From contig CAZOYL010000006.1 of assembly GCA_964584035.1 (NCBI GenBank), forward strand, positions 1 through 40,464: a stretch of 40,464 nt of DNA. The letters run 5' to 3'. The notes under the pieces are model-generated. The model worked only from the letters and a program-made list of their open reading frames with translations. It did not search any database and was not told the origin of the DNA. Positions 9,055-18,630 of this stretch are shown in pieces. The position numbers and the translations under genes were made by a program. Each line of letters begins with the position of its first letter. Position 1 is the first letter of the stretch. Origin of the DNA: an uncultured Gemmatimonadota bacterium (lineage in GTDB: Bacteria > SM23-81).

Positions 9055-9293
9055 ATGTGGCCTTTCCGCAGAAAAAAGCGGCCTTCCGGGGAGCCGAACA
9101 CCTTCTCGCCCTCCGATCATTCTCCGCCGGACCCGGTTATGGAACCTCTCGTGGTGACCGAGACGCTGGATCTGCACGGCTTTTTCCCCGAGCAGGTCCG
9201 CGATATCGTCACCGATTTTATCGACAACGCCGTGCATCTGGGCCTACGCCGGATATGGGAGGTTGGGGCGCCACCATCGTGTTCCTCAAATAA
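9055..9293 (+). pseudogene. Smr-domain gene with internal deletion and frameshift
   Basis: One frame gives 'TLDLHGFFPEQVRDIVTDFIDNA..GLRRI'; another gives the Smr C-terminus 'GGWGATIVFLK*'. The central IHGKG segment is missing. Confidence 0.8.
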
Positions 9294-9323
9294 AAAAAGC
9301 CGGCGCCTCAACCGGGCGCCGGC
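9292..9323 (-). terminator. intrinsic terminator after the small Rho-N/SAP gene
   Basis: GCCGGCGCC-loop-GGCGCCGGC then T7 on the minus strand. Confidence 0.8.
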
Positions 9324-9359
9324 CGTCATACGGCCCTTCAATACCGAGTGTCGAACCTT

Positions 9360-9548
9360 CTACTCCTTCCCGAGGCAATCCCCTTGCCACAGGCAGTCGT
9401 ATTGATCACAGCCTTTCAGGGCCGTTCCGAAACAGTCGAAGTTTCCCTCGGCACGTTGAATCTGGCGGATGAGGTCGGCCTTTTTGGTTCGGGGTGCAGC
9501 CTTGATCCCCATCTGCTTGGCCATCTTTCTGATCTTAGGCATGGTCAT
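9360..9548 (-). CDS. small Rho-N/SAP-like protein with four-Cys tail
   Basis: 'IRKMAKQMGI..KKADLIRQIQRAEGNFDCFGT...CDQYDCLWQGDCL'; GGAGG RBS. Confidence 0.85.
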   Translation of the reverse strand: MTMPKIRKMAKQMGIKAAPRTKKADLIRQIQRAEGNFDCFGTALKGCDQYDCLWQGDCLGKE

Positions 9549-9624
9549 TTCGGTACCCTCCTCTGGTTATCTCTTTAGCTTCAACCAAATCCTCACATCT
9601 TCCCCATAATCATCTATTATATAA

Positions 9625-10182
9625 TTACTTGATCAATCCAGACATCGCCTTAAACTCCGGTGCATCGGCCGTCGTCAACAGCTCGAACAGGGCCGTCTCG
9701 ACCGTTGAGAGCACCACGCCCTCCCGCCACAGACGCCGCAGGGCGGTCTTCTGATCGGCCTGATTCCGGGAAGAGACAGCGTCGGTCAGCAGATGGACCC
9801 GGAATCCTCCCGAGAGAAGATCGAGGGCCGTCTGCAGGACGCACACATGAGCCTCGATACCCGTCAGGATCACCTGGCCGATTCCTCTCTTCTTCAACAT
9901 CTCGGGCAGCTGTGTCAGACCACAGCAGCTGAACGTCATTTTGACCAGGGGTACGATATCGCCTAAAGCCTCCCTGACCGGCCCGATGGTGGAACCCAGG
10001 CCCTGGGGATACTGCTCGGTGACATGCACCGGTATGTTCAGCAGCCGGCAGCCCTGGACCATGACGACGATCCGGTCGGCCAGATGCTGACGCCGATGCA
10101 TCACCGCCCACAGGCGCTCCTGTACATCGACCACCAGCAGAGCGGCTCGATCCCGGTCCAGCATGGTTGTGCGGCAATCCAT
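9625..10182 (-). CDS. isochorismatase-family hydrolase
   Basis: 'LLVVDVQERL', 'TEQYPQGLGST', 'KMTFSC', 'GIEAHVCVLQTALDL'. Confidence 0.92.
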   Translation of the reverse strand: MDCRTTMLDRDRAALLVVDVQERLWAVMHRRQHLADRIVVMVQGCRLLNIPVHVTEQYPQGLGSTIGPVREALGDIVPLVKMTFSCCGLTQLPEMLKKRGIGQVILTGIEAHVCVLQTALDLLSGGFRVHLLTDAVSSRNQADQKTALRRLWREGVVLSTVETALFELLTTADAPEFKAMSGLIK

Positions 10183-10193
10183 ATGGTCTCCCG

Positions 10194-11738
10194 TCAGGGC
10201 TCATTTCCGGCCAGAGGATAATCCCGCCGAATCCTGATGAACATCATGCCGGCTGTGCTCTTCCAGTCCTGAATTTTACGAACGTATTCCGAGAAAGATT
10301 CATCCACCACCTTGCCGGCCGTCCGTGAGGCGTGGCGAAAGATGGTTCCCCCCTCCCGATCCTTGGCGATGAGGGCCATATGGGAGGAGAAGATACCCTC
10401 GTGTTTGGAAATAATACTGACGATCTCGCCCCCGCGGAGATGCTCTGCCACATCCATCAAGTATTCTTTGGGAATATACTGCACCGTCATGGTCTCCGGC
10501 GGCGGGATCCCTCTGAGGTCGGTGCACCCCATGGTTCCCAAAACCCCGGCCCGGTCTATGGTCTTGGTCATCGACCGGCAGTAGTCACCGCCGATCAGTT
10601 CGGTGGCATCCTCCAGCAGCCAGGCGTTATGGGGCAGCCAATCGGCGATGGTATAGTGATTGCGCGTCTTGAAGCTGATGATGGCGTCGCGGTAGCGGAT
10701 CTTCTGAAGGTTCTGAAAAAATTCCTCGTAGCTTCCGGAGATGGCCATGCTCAGGATCTGTTCGCAGAAGGTCATGCAGTCGACCCGGGCGATATCCACC
10801 AGAGGATCCTTGTCGTAGAGACCGGAGGGGCCCTCGCCCAGACAGAAGATGAGATACGGGGTTTCCCGGGCTACCTCGGAGAGAAACTGGATTCGCTGAT
10901 CCGGGTCGGTCACGGCAGCCGACAGATTGGCCAGCATCATATCCACCTCACTCCAGGTCATCCGGTACACCGGTTTGGCCGTCAGCGTGTAGCGGGAGCG
11001 ATAGCGGGAGCGTATCTCCCCGGCCTGCGGCTCATGGACCAGGTAGACCTGCAGCGGCGACATATTGCTGATCCCGTTTTGAGTGAACACATTATTGACA
11101 TCCTCCTCGAGGCCCACGAACAGGTCGATCCGCCGCGATGTAATGGCGCCGCCCACGTCGTGAGCCAGAAAATATCCATCGTGCTCCTCGCCGCCGGGCA
11201 ACGGGATCCCCTCCGCCCCGGGAATATAGAGCACGCTGCCCAGAGCGATCTGTTCGCGATCCACGGCCACGCTGCGATAGGGAATCAGCTTATAGGGCTC
11301 GACCCGGGAAATATAATCGGCGTTGGCGGCTCCCAGGCCGTAGTCGGCTCCATAGACCACACGGTAGCGAATGCCGTCGGGAGCGCGTCCGGCGAAGTTG
11401 ATCACCCGACCGTCCGACAGCCTGGCGGAACCCTCCAGATCGGCCTTGCGCTTGAATTCCTGAGAAACCCTGGCCACGGTCCGGCCATAGACATCCAGGA
11501 TGGCGTCTGCGGCGGGCCGGCCGGCATAACGATCGTCGGTCTCGTCGGCCAAACAGTAAAATGTCGGGCTGAACGAGCCCAGCAGCCGGTGCCCTTCCCC
11601 GGGCTCCTCAGCCTCCTCCGGAGCGGGCGGAGGTGTTTCCCCGACCTCGGGAACCGGTCTGATCCCCGCGCAACCGGAAAACAGGCACGCGGCTATCGCG
11701 GTCAGAAGGAATGTTCCAATCAGACGGCCGGCGTTCAT
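10194..11738 (-). CDS. lipoprotein fusing a 3D (MltA-type) domain to a DUF1460 (NlpC/P60-like amidase) domain
   Basis: Lipobox LFSGC. 3D motifs 'SVAVD', 'AHDVGGAI', 'RIDLFVG'. DUF1460 motifs 'VDCMTF', 'RNHY..DW', 'SHMAL', 'RHAS'. Confidence 0.85.
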   Translation of the reverse strand: MNAGRLIGTFLLTAIAACLFSGCAGIRPVPEVGETPPPAPEEAEEPGEGHRLLGSFSPTFYCLADETDDRYAGRPAADAILDVYGRTVARVSQEFKRKADLEGSARLSDGRVINFAGRAPDGIRYRVVYGADYGLGAANADYISRVEPYKLIPYRSVAVDREQIALGSVLYIPGAEGIPLPGGEEHDGYFLAHDVGGAITSRRIDLFVGLEEDVNNVFTQNGISNMSPLQVYLVHEPQAGEIRSRYRSRYTLTAKPVYRMTWSEVDMMLANLSAAVTDPDQRIQFLSEVARETPYLIFCLGEGPSGLYDKDPLVDIARVDCMTFCEQILSMAISGSYEEFFQNLQKIRYRDAIISFKTRNHYTIADWLPHNAWLLEDATELIGGDYCRSMTKTIDRAGVLGTMGCTDLRGIPPPETMTVQYIPKEYLMDVAEHLRGGEIVSIISKHEGIFSSHMALIAKDREGGTIFRHASRTAGKVVDESFSEYVRKIQDWKSTAGMMFIRIRRDYPLAGNEP

Positions 11739-11844
11739 AGGCTACCCCCGGTCATTTTGTTCAAAACAGTGCTCCAGCAGTGAAATGTCGATAGGGGATC
11801 GTTTCGTCTTTCGTTCAACCACGGCATGCGTGATGCAAGCTTAC

Positions 11845-11873
11845 AGTATCCGTTGCCGGACGCAAAAAGTCAA
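11845..11873 (-). promoter_or_regulatory. putative sigma70 promoter for the 3D-DUF1460 gene
   Basis: TTGACT-17 nt-GATACT. Confidence 0.45.
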
Positions 11874-11885
11874 GGGAAAAGATGA

Positions 11886-14800
11886 TCAGAATTGCAGGGC
11901 CAGCTTGATGGTCAGATCGTGGCGCAGGGTATTCATGTTCCCCTCCCGGCCCGTGTGGGATATCTGGCTCTGCAGGCGGAAAAGCGCCAGAGGAAAAGGC
12001 CGCAGATCCAGCTTGAGAGCATTGGCCACCACCCGCGACGAGGTTTCGGCCTGCCAGGTTTCGCTCTCGGACAGCGTCCAGGAGAGGTCATCGGTCAGCT
12101 CGACGGCTCCCAAAAGGGCCAGATGGTCCCAACGGCTGGTCAGGCTGAGGCGGGGCGAAAGAGAGGAAAACGTGGTCCTCTGGGCGCCTTCACGAAGGCG
12201 CTCTCTCCACAGGAACAGGGACGTCTTGCTGATCAGTCCCCGGCTCCAGCGGCGCTCCCACCACAGCGAGGGGGCTATGCGCGTCAGTTCGGAAAGGCCG
12301 GATATCTTCATCTGATCGTGAACGAAATTGAACACGTACACCGAGCCGGCCCAGCGATACTCCAGCTTGCCGTCCAACGTCCACAGGCGCTGTTCCAGCA
12401 CACTGTTCACCTGGCGACGGTCCGTGTCCTGACGCTCCAGACCGAAACTGAGGTCGAGGGAGGATGAGGGCCGTATCTCCATGCGGGCCTCTTTGCTCTC
12501 AAATCGGTCAGCAGCCAACACGCTCCGGCCGGAGAAAGCCGACCAATACCTCTTTTGGAATGATAACGCCCGGTCCAGGGCGGAGAGCTGCCCGCTCCAG
12601 CGGTAGAAATAGTTCAGCTCCACGGTCAGGAGGCTGAGAAGGCTCTGCCACCTTCCGGGGTAGATCCGTGTGGTCAGCTGCCGTTGGCGGTCGAGATCGT
12701 AAATGCTGCTGTGCGCCATCCCCGAGGTCACATCCTCACGGGCATTCCCCTCCAGGCGTGTATACAGGGACAATCCCGATAGGCGGTCACAGCTGGCCGT
12801 AAAAATGGCCTCACCGGTTTCCTCGGAGGGCTGATATCCGCCGCCGGAGACATCCGGCTGAACTTCCCGCCGTTCACGGCGAAACGAGGCCGCGGTCTGA
12901 ACATCGGTTATCGGAGAAATATCCAGGCGGAGATAATCACCCTGGCGGACGGCTTTCCGGGAGGCCGGATGATAGGTCGAGTCGGTTCCCTGCTCCCAGG
13001 TGCGGTGCAGGTACGAAGTGATCTTGACAGACTGAACCCGCAGGAGCTCCAGCCACCGTCGGGGAATCTGATATTCCATATCGGCCCTCAGGACCGTCTG
13101 ATCCGGGAACGGAGAAGCACCGCCCTCCAGGCGGCGGCCCAGAGACATCACCACGGCGGGCAGGTCGCTGCGGTTCAAGATCGCGCGGGCCTGATAGTAT
13201 TCCTCCTCCGCGCGGCCTCCATCGTGAATGATGAAACGCTCGTCGGACCAGTCTCCCTCCAGAACGAAGACATTGGCCCATTCATACTGGGCTTCCAAAC
13301 GTGCTTTCCGGATCAATCGGCCCAGGGCCGTCTGCCGCGGGCGCAGGGAGAGAAACTCCTCTCCGTAGTCCTCCATCCGGGCCAGCAGGCGAAGGCCATC
13401 CCGCCGGGCCGAGACCTCTGCGGTGGCGGCTGACGCCCGGGCATCTTGCTGAACACTTCGGGCGACCTCGGAGAAGACCTGGAGATCCATCCCGCCGGGC
13501 CCATCGTCCAGACGCAGCTCTCCGCCGGCCTGCCATAACTGAACGCTGCCCACGCCCGCCTGGGGCTCGTAGTGGACCATGTTCACGGAGGTGGTCAGCG
13601 CATCCGAGGGGCTGAAGGAAAACCCGGCTGAGGCCAGTTTATCCTCGCTTTCCCGGCGGTATTCATATTCCACCTCAATTCTGCTGCCCTGCTCCGCCAG
13701 ACCCTCCTTGAGAAAGAGCACGCTTCCGCTGCGATAATCGACGATATAGTCCTCTCCTCTCCGCAGGCTCCGGCCATCCACCACGACCCTCTCTGATTCG
13801 GAGATCAGATCGCTCCGGGAAAGCTGCAGGGCGGTTGACGATGTCTGATGACGATAGACGATATCATATTCGTGCCCGGGATCTTCCCGGGCATAGACGC
13901 TGTCAGGGAAAGGCCTGTCGGCGGGAAACCAGAGGATGCCGTCGCGGTAATTGACATTCCCGGCGTCCACGGCGCCATCGCCGTCATCGTCCAGCCCGAA
14001 TTCCTCCAGCGGTCTGGAAGTTCCATCCCGGCCGACGATCTCGATCGCCAGCGTATGGGGAAGGATCTCCCTGGCTCCCAGCGCGTATCGGTTGACCAGA
14101 CTGCGATCGGCGCCATCCCCGAATACCAGCACCTCTTTTTGCTCTCCCGGACGGCCCTGTATCCGGAAGGAGGCGGCCATCAGCACGGTCGAGGGGATGG
14201 AGGCCAGCATGTCCAGCAGGCCGTGTTCTTCGTCGAGAACATAATCCTCGACCGGATGCAGAAGATCGAAATCCGCGGTGATTCCGGCCACGGTCAGATC
14301 TTCTGCAGTATTGGGCGTATCGGTGCCCGGCAGGCCGTCATCCAGATAGATCCTGACGCTGCCGGCCTCGATGGGCAGGTCGACCTGATGATCCACCAGC
14401 GAGAAGAACCGCCTGGCGAGATATCGATAGTCCGCCGCCGTTCCGCTGTGATCCTGTGATGAGCCAATGAAGGTATCGGTCTGGAAATCGGTGGTCTGAT
14501 CTCCGCCGGCCAGGGACAGGCTCAGGTGCCGCCTGCCCAACCGCGAGGTTCTTTTTCCGTGCTCCAGTCGGGCTCCCCCGCCGAACAGACCCAGGTTGGG
14601 CAACAGTTCTCCCCGGCCCAGATTCCAGCGGAAGTCCCCCAGGGAGAGCTCCCCCAGAACATCGCTGTCCCCTCCCCGGTAGCGGGCGCCGTACTCGCGA
14701 TCTTCCTGGAAGCGGGTATCGTCGTAAAAAAGATGGGCCGTGCGGTCGCCGCCGAGAGCGGCGGCCAGCACCAGATCCGTGCGCCCACGTGTTTCCTGCT

Positions 14801-16052
14801 CGGATTCCCCACCACCGCCGCCGGATCGGTCGACATCGGTCCGCTTCAACTGGTAGGAGGCTCTGCCCATCAGCCGCATGCTGATATCCTCGGCCGGCCT
14901 GAAGACCGTGCCCTCAGCACCCCCCAGTGAAAAAATTGATGGCTGCGGCCGAATCCCCGAACCTTTCTGCGGCGGGGTGACCGGCTCGGAATACCAGCGG
15001 TCCTCGTCAAGTTTGTAATAATCGATGGCCCTGTCGGAAGTGACGAACAGGATCCTGTTGGCGTAGGCGATGGTTTTCACCTCGTCGGTGCTGAGACCGT
15101 TTTCCACTGTATAGAGCGTCCATGAGCGGGTACCGCGGTGGAACCGGGCCACGCCTGCATCCGTTGTCATCCAGATATCATCCTGGGCCATGACCAGTCC
15201 GTTGATACGGCGGAAAGATAGGCTCAGCAGTTCCTGAAACTCGCGCCACTGATCCAGGGCGGAGTCATAGAAGAAAACGCCCGCATCCGTGGCCAGCCAG
15301 ATGGTGGCGCCGTCCAGAGCCACATCGTTAATCGCGCTCATATCGGGGACGCGGTAGGCATGCCAGGTGCGGGATTCGGGATCGAAGCGCTCCAGGCCGG
15401 CATCGGTCAAAAACCACAGGGCGCCGGCGCCTTCGATGATCCGCCGGGCCCGTGGCGAACGCAGGCCCTGGGCGGTTCCATGGACTTTCCAGGTCTGATA
15501 CTCCCGGTCGAACTCCCAGATCCCGTTGCCGGTGGCCAGCCAGACGGCCTCCTCGTCCAGAGCGATGTCGTTGACAGGGTGCCCGGAAGGCGTTCCCGGA
15601 CCGGTGAAGCGCTCCAGTTCCTCGATGAGAGGATCGTACCGGACCGCCCCTTTATCGGTCCCCACCCAGATATCATCCTCCTCGAAGGCGAAGGACAGGA
15701 TCCTGTTTCCGGGTAATCCTCTGGTGGTATCGAAAACATCCCAGTCAAACAGCCGGACGTCGGCGTTGCAGAATCCCGCCGGCGTGCCCACCCAGAGAAT
15801 GCCATTGTCCAATCCCAACAGTTCCGCGTGCCAGTGACTCAGTCCCTCCCGCGGCGTGATGATCTGCCAGCCATCCTCCCCCAGATCGTATCGATAGAGA
15901 CCTCCCTCGGTGCCTACCCAGACCGCCTCCCCGGAGACGACGATGGGCCAGCGGCGATCCAGCCCGCGGTCCACTTCGGCAGCCCGGCTCGGGGTTCCGG
16001 ACAGCGCACACAGGAGATAAAAAAAGAGGATGGACAGCCGCCACGAGATCAT
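11886..16052 (-). CDS. large outer-membrane protein: N-terminal beta-propeller, SprA-like core and C-terminal beta-barrel
   Basis: Signal peptide; repeated 'W(V/L)(G/A)T..G' propeller blades. SprA-like motifs 'EDYVLDEEHGLL', 'GILWFP...PF', 'SERVVVDGRSLRRGEDYIVDYRSGSVLF'. Amphipathic strands end in 'LALQF'. Confidence 0.7.
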   Translation of the reverse strand: MISWRLSILFFYLLCALSGTPSRAAEVDRGLDRRWPIVVSGEAVWVGTEGGLYRYDLGEDGWQIITPREGLSHWHAELLGLDNGILWVGTPAGFCNADVRLFDWDVFDTTRGLPGNRILSFAFEEDDIWVGTDKGAVRYDPLIEELERFTGPGTPSGHPVNDIALDEEAVWLATGNGIWEFDREYQTWKVHGTAQGLRSPRARRIIEGAGALWFLTDAGLERFDPESRTWHAYRVPDMSAINDVALDGATIWLATDAGVFFYDSALDQWREFQELLSLSFRRINGLVMAQDDIWMTTDAGVARFHRGTRSWTLYTVENGLSTDEVKTIAYANRILFVTSDRAIDYYKLDEDRWYSEPVTPPQKGSGIRPQPSIFSLGGAEGTVFRPAEDISMRLMGRASYQLKRTDVDRSGGGGGESEQETRGRTDLVLAAALGGDRTAHLFYDDTRFQEDREYGARYRGGDSDVLGELSLGDFRWNLGRGELLPNLGLFGGGARLEHGKRTSRLGRRHLSLSLAGGDQTTDFQTDTFIGSSQDHSGTAADYRYLARRFFSLVDHQVDLPIEAGSVRIYLDDGLPGTDTPNTAEDLTVAGITADFDLLHPVEDYVLDEEHGLLDMLASIPSTVLMAASFRIQGRPGEQKEVLVFGDGADRSLVNRYALGAREILPHTLAIEIVGRDGTSRPLEEFGLDDDGDGAVDAGNVNYRDGILWFPADRPFPDSVYAREDPGHEYDIVYRHQTSSTALQLSRSDLISESERVVVDGRSLRRGEDYIVDYRSGSVLFLKEGLAEQGSRIEVEYEYRRESEDKLASAGFSFSPSDALTTSVNMVHYEPQAGVGSVQLWQAGGELRLDDGPGGMDLQVFSEVARSVQQDARASAATAEVSARRDGLRLLARMEDYGEEFLSLRPRQTALGRLIRKARLEAQYEWANVFVLEGDWSDERFIIHDGGRAEEEYYQARAILNRSDLPAVVMSLGRRLEGGASPFPDQTVLRADMEYQIPRRWLELLRVQSVKITSYLHRTWEQGTDSTYHPASRKAVRQGDYLRLDISPITDVQTAASFRRERREVQPDVSGGGYQPSEETGEAIFTASCDRLSGLSLYTRLEGNAREDVTSGMAHSSIYDLDRQRQLTTRIYPGRWQSLLSLLTVELNYFYRWSGQLSALDRALSFQKRYWSAFSGRSVLAADRFESKEARMEIRPSSSLDLSFGLERQDTDRRQVNSVLEQRLWTLDGKLEYRWAGSVYVFNFVHDQMKISGLSELTRIAPSLWWERRWSRGLISKTSLFLWRERLREGAQRTTFSSLSPRLSLTSRWDHLALLGAVELTDDLSWTLSESETWQAETSSRVVANALKLDLRPFPLALFRLQSQISHTGREGNMNTLRHDLTIKLALQF

Positions 16053-16101
16053 GGGGTTCCTCCTCGATACCTTGGAGAGGTGTATTTCCGACAGACGTCA
16101 G

Positions 16102-17658
16102 TTATTCTCCGGGGGGATCTTCCTGCCCGGCGCGCGCCCGGGCGGCCTGTTTTTCCGGAGTCGTATAGCGGCCCTTCAGCAGGCGGTCTTCACCCGCGGC
16201 GCTGACCCGTATGGCCGCCGGGCCGATCACGGGGCAATGATGCTCGCAGACCCCGCAGCCCACACAGATATCGGCGTCGACCACCGGACCGCGCCGCCCC
16301 CTGCCCGACCGTCCTGATCCTCCGACGTAAATAGCGCCATAGGGACACACCTCGTCACAGACCATACAGGCCCGGCCATAGCCCCACTCCAGGCAGCGGG
16401 ACCGTTCTACATGTGCCCGCCCGATCCGGGCATAGCTCTTCTCCTGGAGGGACAGAGATCTGATGGCCTGGGTGGGACAGACCTGTCCGCAGAGATGACA
16501 GCTCCGCTCGCAGGGGCCTTTTCTGGGCACCAGAACCGGCGTCCAGAAACCTCCCGGGCCGGCCTCGCTCAGCGAGGGCTGCAATCCGTTGGTCAGGCAG
16601 ACCTTCATGCATTCGCCGCAGCGCAGGCAGCGATCCAGAAATATTTCTTCAGGCACCGATCCCGGAGGGCGGATGCGTCGCGGCCTGTCCGGCGCCGCCG
16701 ACGGGATGGCGCGAGAGAGGGGAATGGCGGCCAGGCCGGCCAGGGAGGCCAGAACGATACGCCGGCGGTCATGATCGACCTTCTTCGGCTGCGCAATGTT
16801 CCGTCCCATCCGAAAAGAGACCGCTCTGGCCGGACAGACGGCGGCGCAGACCCCGCAGTCGATACACTCACCCGGGAGGGTCGAGGTCTCATCCTCCCGA
16901 ATAGCTCCCATGGAGCAATGCCGGCGGCACAGGCCGCAATGGGTACACAGCTTGTCCGAGACCACTCTCCGGAAGGGAGAGAATCTGGTGATCAATGCCA
17001 GCATGGCCCCCAGGGGACAAAAAGCCCGGCACCAGAAACGGCGCCCCAGCAGCCCCAGGCCCAGGATGGCGAGCAGCAAGATCAGGGGCAGGACCCACAG
17101 GCCAAAGACCGGCTGAGTGAAACCGGCATCGGCCAGGGCCTCCAGCTCCCAGCGTTCGGCCAGAGGGCGGAAGAGGTCCACACCGGCATTGGCCAGCATC
17201 ACGGCGGCCGGGAAGAACACCGCCACCAACCCGCGGGTAAAGATGACCAGGGGGTCGAAAGGCCACAACAGGGAACGGCCGAACAGGGCCAGCACCAGCA
17301 GGAAAATCAGCAGGGCATACTTGGGAAAGCGAGGGATGGAGGCCAGACGAAAAATGCCCAGTCTCAGCCGGCTCAGGATTCCATCGAACAGATCGATGGC
17401 CGTGCCCAGAGGGCAAACGTATCCGCAAAAGAATCTTCCCAGAATAAAGGTCGCCCCCAGAAGCATCAGGGAGAACAGCATCCGGGGGACGATGGTGCGG
17501 CCGGCCAGGAAGGAGACGGCCGCGGCCAGCGGATCGATGCGTAACAGCAAATCCACCGGCAGAGGGTTCTGTAAGGGATAGACGGTCCTGGCGAACAGGA
17601 ACACGAACAAAGCCAGGCATGCTCCCTGCACGATCCTGCGTGAAATCCCCGCCCTCAT
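16102..17658 (-). CDS. membrane polyferredoxin (NapH/MauN-like fused to NapG/MauM-like)
   Basis: TM helices with 'RFFCGYVCPLG' and 'RFWCRAFCPLG', several CxxCxxCxxxC motifs, and 'IRPPGS..FLDRCLRCGECMKVC'. Confidence 0.9.
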   Translation of the reverse strand: MRAGISRRIVQGACLALFVFLFARTVYPLQNPLPVDLLLRIDPLAAAVSFLAGRTIVPRMLFSLMLLGATFILGRFFCGYVCPLGTAIDLFDGILSRLRLGIFRLASIPRFPKYALLIFLLVLALFGRSLLWPFDPLVIFTRGLVAVFFPAAVMLANAGVDLFRPLAERWELEALADAGFTQPVFGLWVLPLILLLAILGLGLLGRRFWCRAFCPLGAMLALITRFSPFRRVVSDKLCTHCGLCRRHCSMGAIREDETSTLPGECIDCGVCAAVCPARAVSFRMGRNIAQPKKVDHDRRRIVLASLAGLAAIPLSRAIPSAAPDRPRRIRPPGSVPEEIFLDRCLRCGECMKVCLTNGLQPSLSEAGPGGFWTPVLVPRKGPCERSCHLCGQVCPTQAIRSLSLQEKSYARIGRAHVERSRCLEWGYGRACMVCDEVCPYGAIYVGGSGRSGRGRRGPVVDADICVGCGVCEHHCPVIGPAAIRVSAAGEDRLLKGRYTTPEKQAARARAGQEDPPGE

Positions 17659-18596
17659 CCCAGGTCGACCTCCTCCAGCCGAATGTTTTCCTGATCCATC
17701 TGACCCAGTCCCAGCGAATAGGCCGCGGCGATATAGGCTACCTGATCAGGAGTCATGGAGCGGTTCATCCAGGGCGCCATTCCGACCACGTGAGCATCCA
17801 CCGCCACCGGGTCCGTGCCGGCCACGATGGTGCCGAGCTCCAGCACCTTGCCCGGACCGCCGGGACCGCCGGTCACCAGAGCCCGGGTGGCGTCGACAAT
17901 GACCAGATCGGGGCGGACCACCGTGGAAAGCTCGGCGATGGCCCGGTGCAGATCGGTGGCCTGATGAAAATAGCCGCGATCCCAGATCAGGCCCATGAGA
18001 TTTTTCATGCCCAGACTGACGCCGGTGGCCGAATGCGATTTGGCCACGGGCAGGTTGATGACCACATCGGCCCGGAGGACCTCTTTGGCCACCTCGATCT
18101 GCTGCAGAGCCTTTCCATCGGGCACGTTCACTGGTTCAAAATACCGCTGTTTGGTGGCCAGAATCAGCTTCACCTCATCCAGATCGGCCAGAGCTTCCTC
18201 AAGACCGGTCTGCTCGAGGCACAATTCCGGAGAACGCAGGGGATGATCGAACACGACGACACGCTCCGCCCCGCACTCCAGGCACATCTCGGCAACCGTC
18301 CTGACCACCTGTGAGCTGGTGGTGGCGCCCCATTCAGGAGGCGCGGAAAAGGAGACATTGGGCTTCAGCAGAACCCGCTGTCCCCGGCCGACAAAACTCT
18401 CCATGCCGCCTAAAAGACCGATGGATTCCCGGACCGCTTCAGCGGTCGGCCCCTTCACCTGAGCGAGCACCGAAAGCGCCGTTTGCTCCTCGGCGGCCTG
18501 CAGCCAGGATGGCAGCAGCGCTCCGCACCCCATGGCGATGCCGGCCGCGGCGCTTTTCTCCAGGAATTTCCGTCTGGTCAGTTCCTTCATCGTCAT
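17655..18596 (-). CDS. Tat-exported DUF362 protein
   Basis: 'TRRKFL' Tat motif; 'VLLKPN', 'INLPVAKSH...SLGMKNLMG', 'GGPGGPG', 'DPVAVD'. Confidence 0.9.
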   Translation of the reverse strand: MTMKELTRRKFLEKSAAAGIAMGCGALLPSWLQAAEEQTALSVLAQVKGPTAEAVRESIGLLGGMESFVGRGQRVLLKPNVSFSAPPEWGATTSSQVVRTVAEMCLECGAERVVVFDHPLRSPELCLEQTGLEEALADLDEVKLILATKQRYFEPVNVPDGKALQQIEVAKEVLRADVVINLPVAKSHSATGVSLGMKNLMGLIWDRGYFHQATDLHRAIAELSTVVRPDLVIVDATRALVTGGPGGPGKVLELGTIVAGTDPVAVDAHVVGMAPWMNRSMTPDQVAYIAAAYSLGLGQMDQENIRLEEVDLG

Positions 18597-18630
18597 GGCC
18601 TCCTTTCAGCATGTCTCGACGGTGTTCATC

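Noticed and set aside
11822-11837. Sigma54-like GG-N10-GC site
   Set aside because: It is on the plus strand, pointing into the end of a minus-strand gene with no downstream target.
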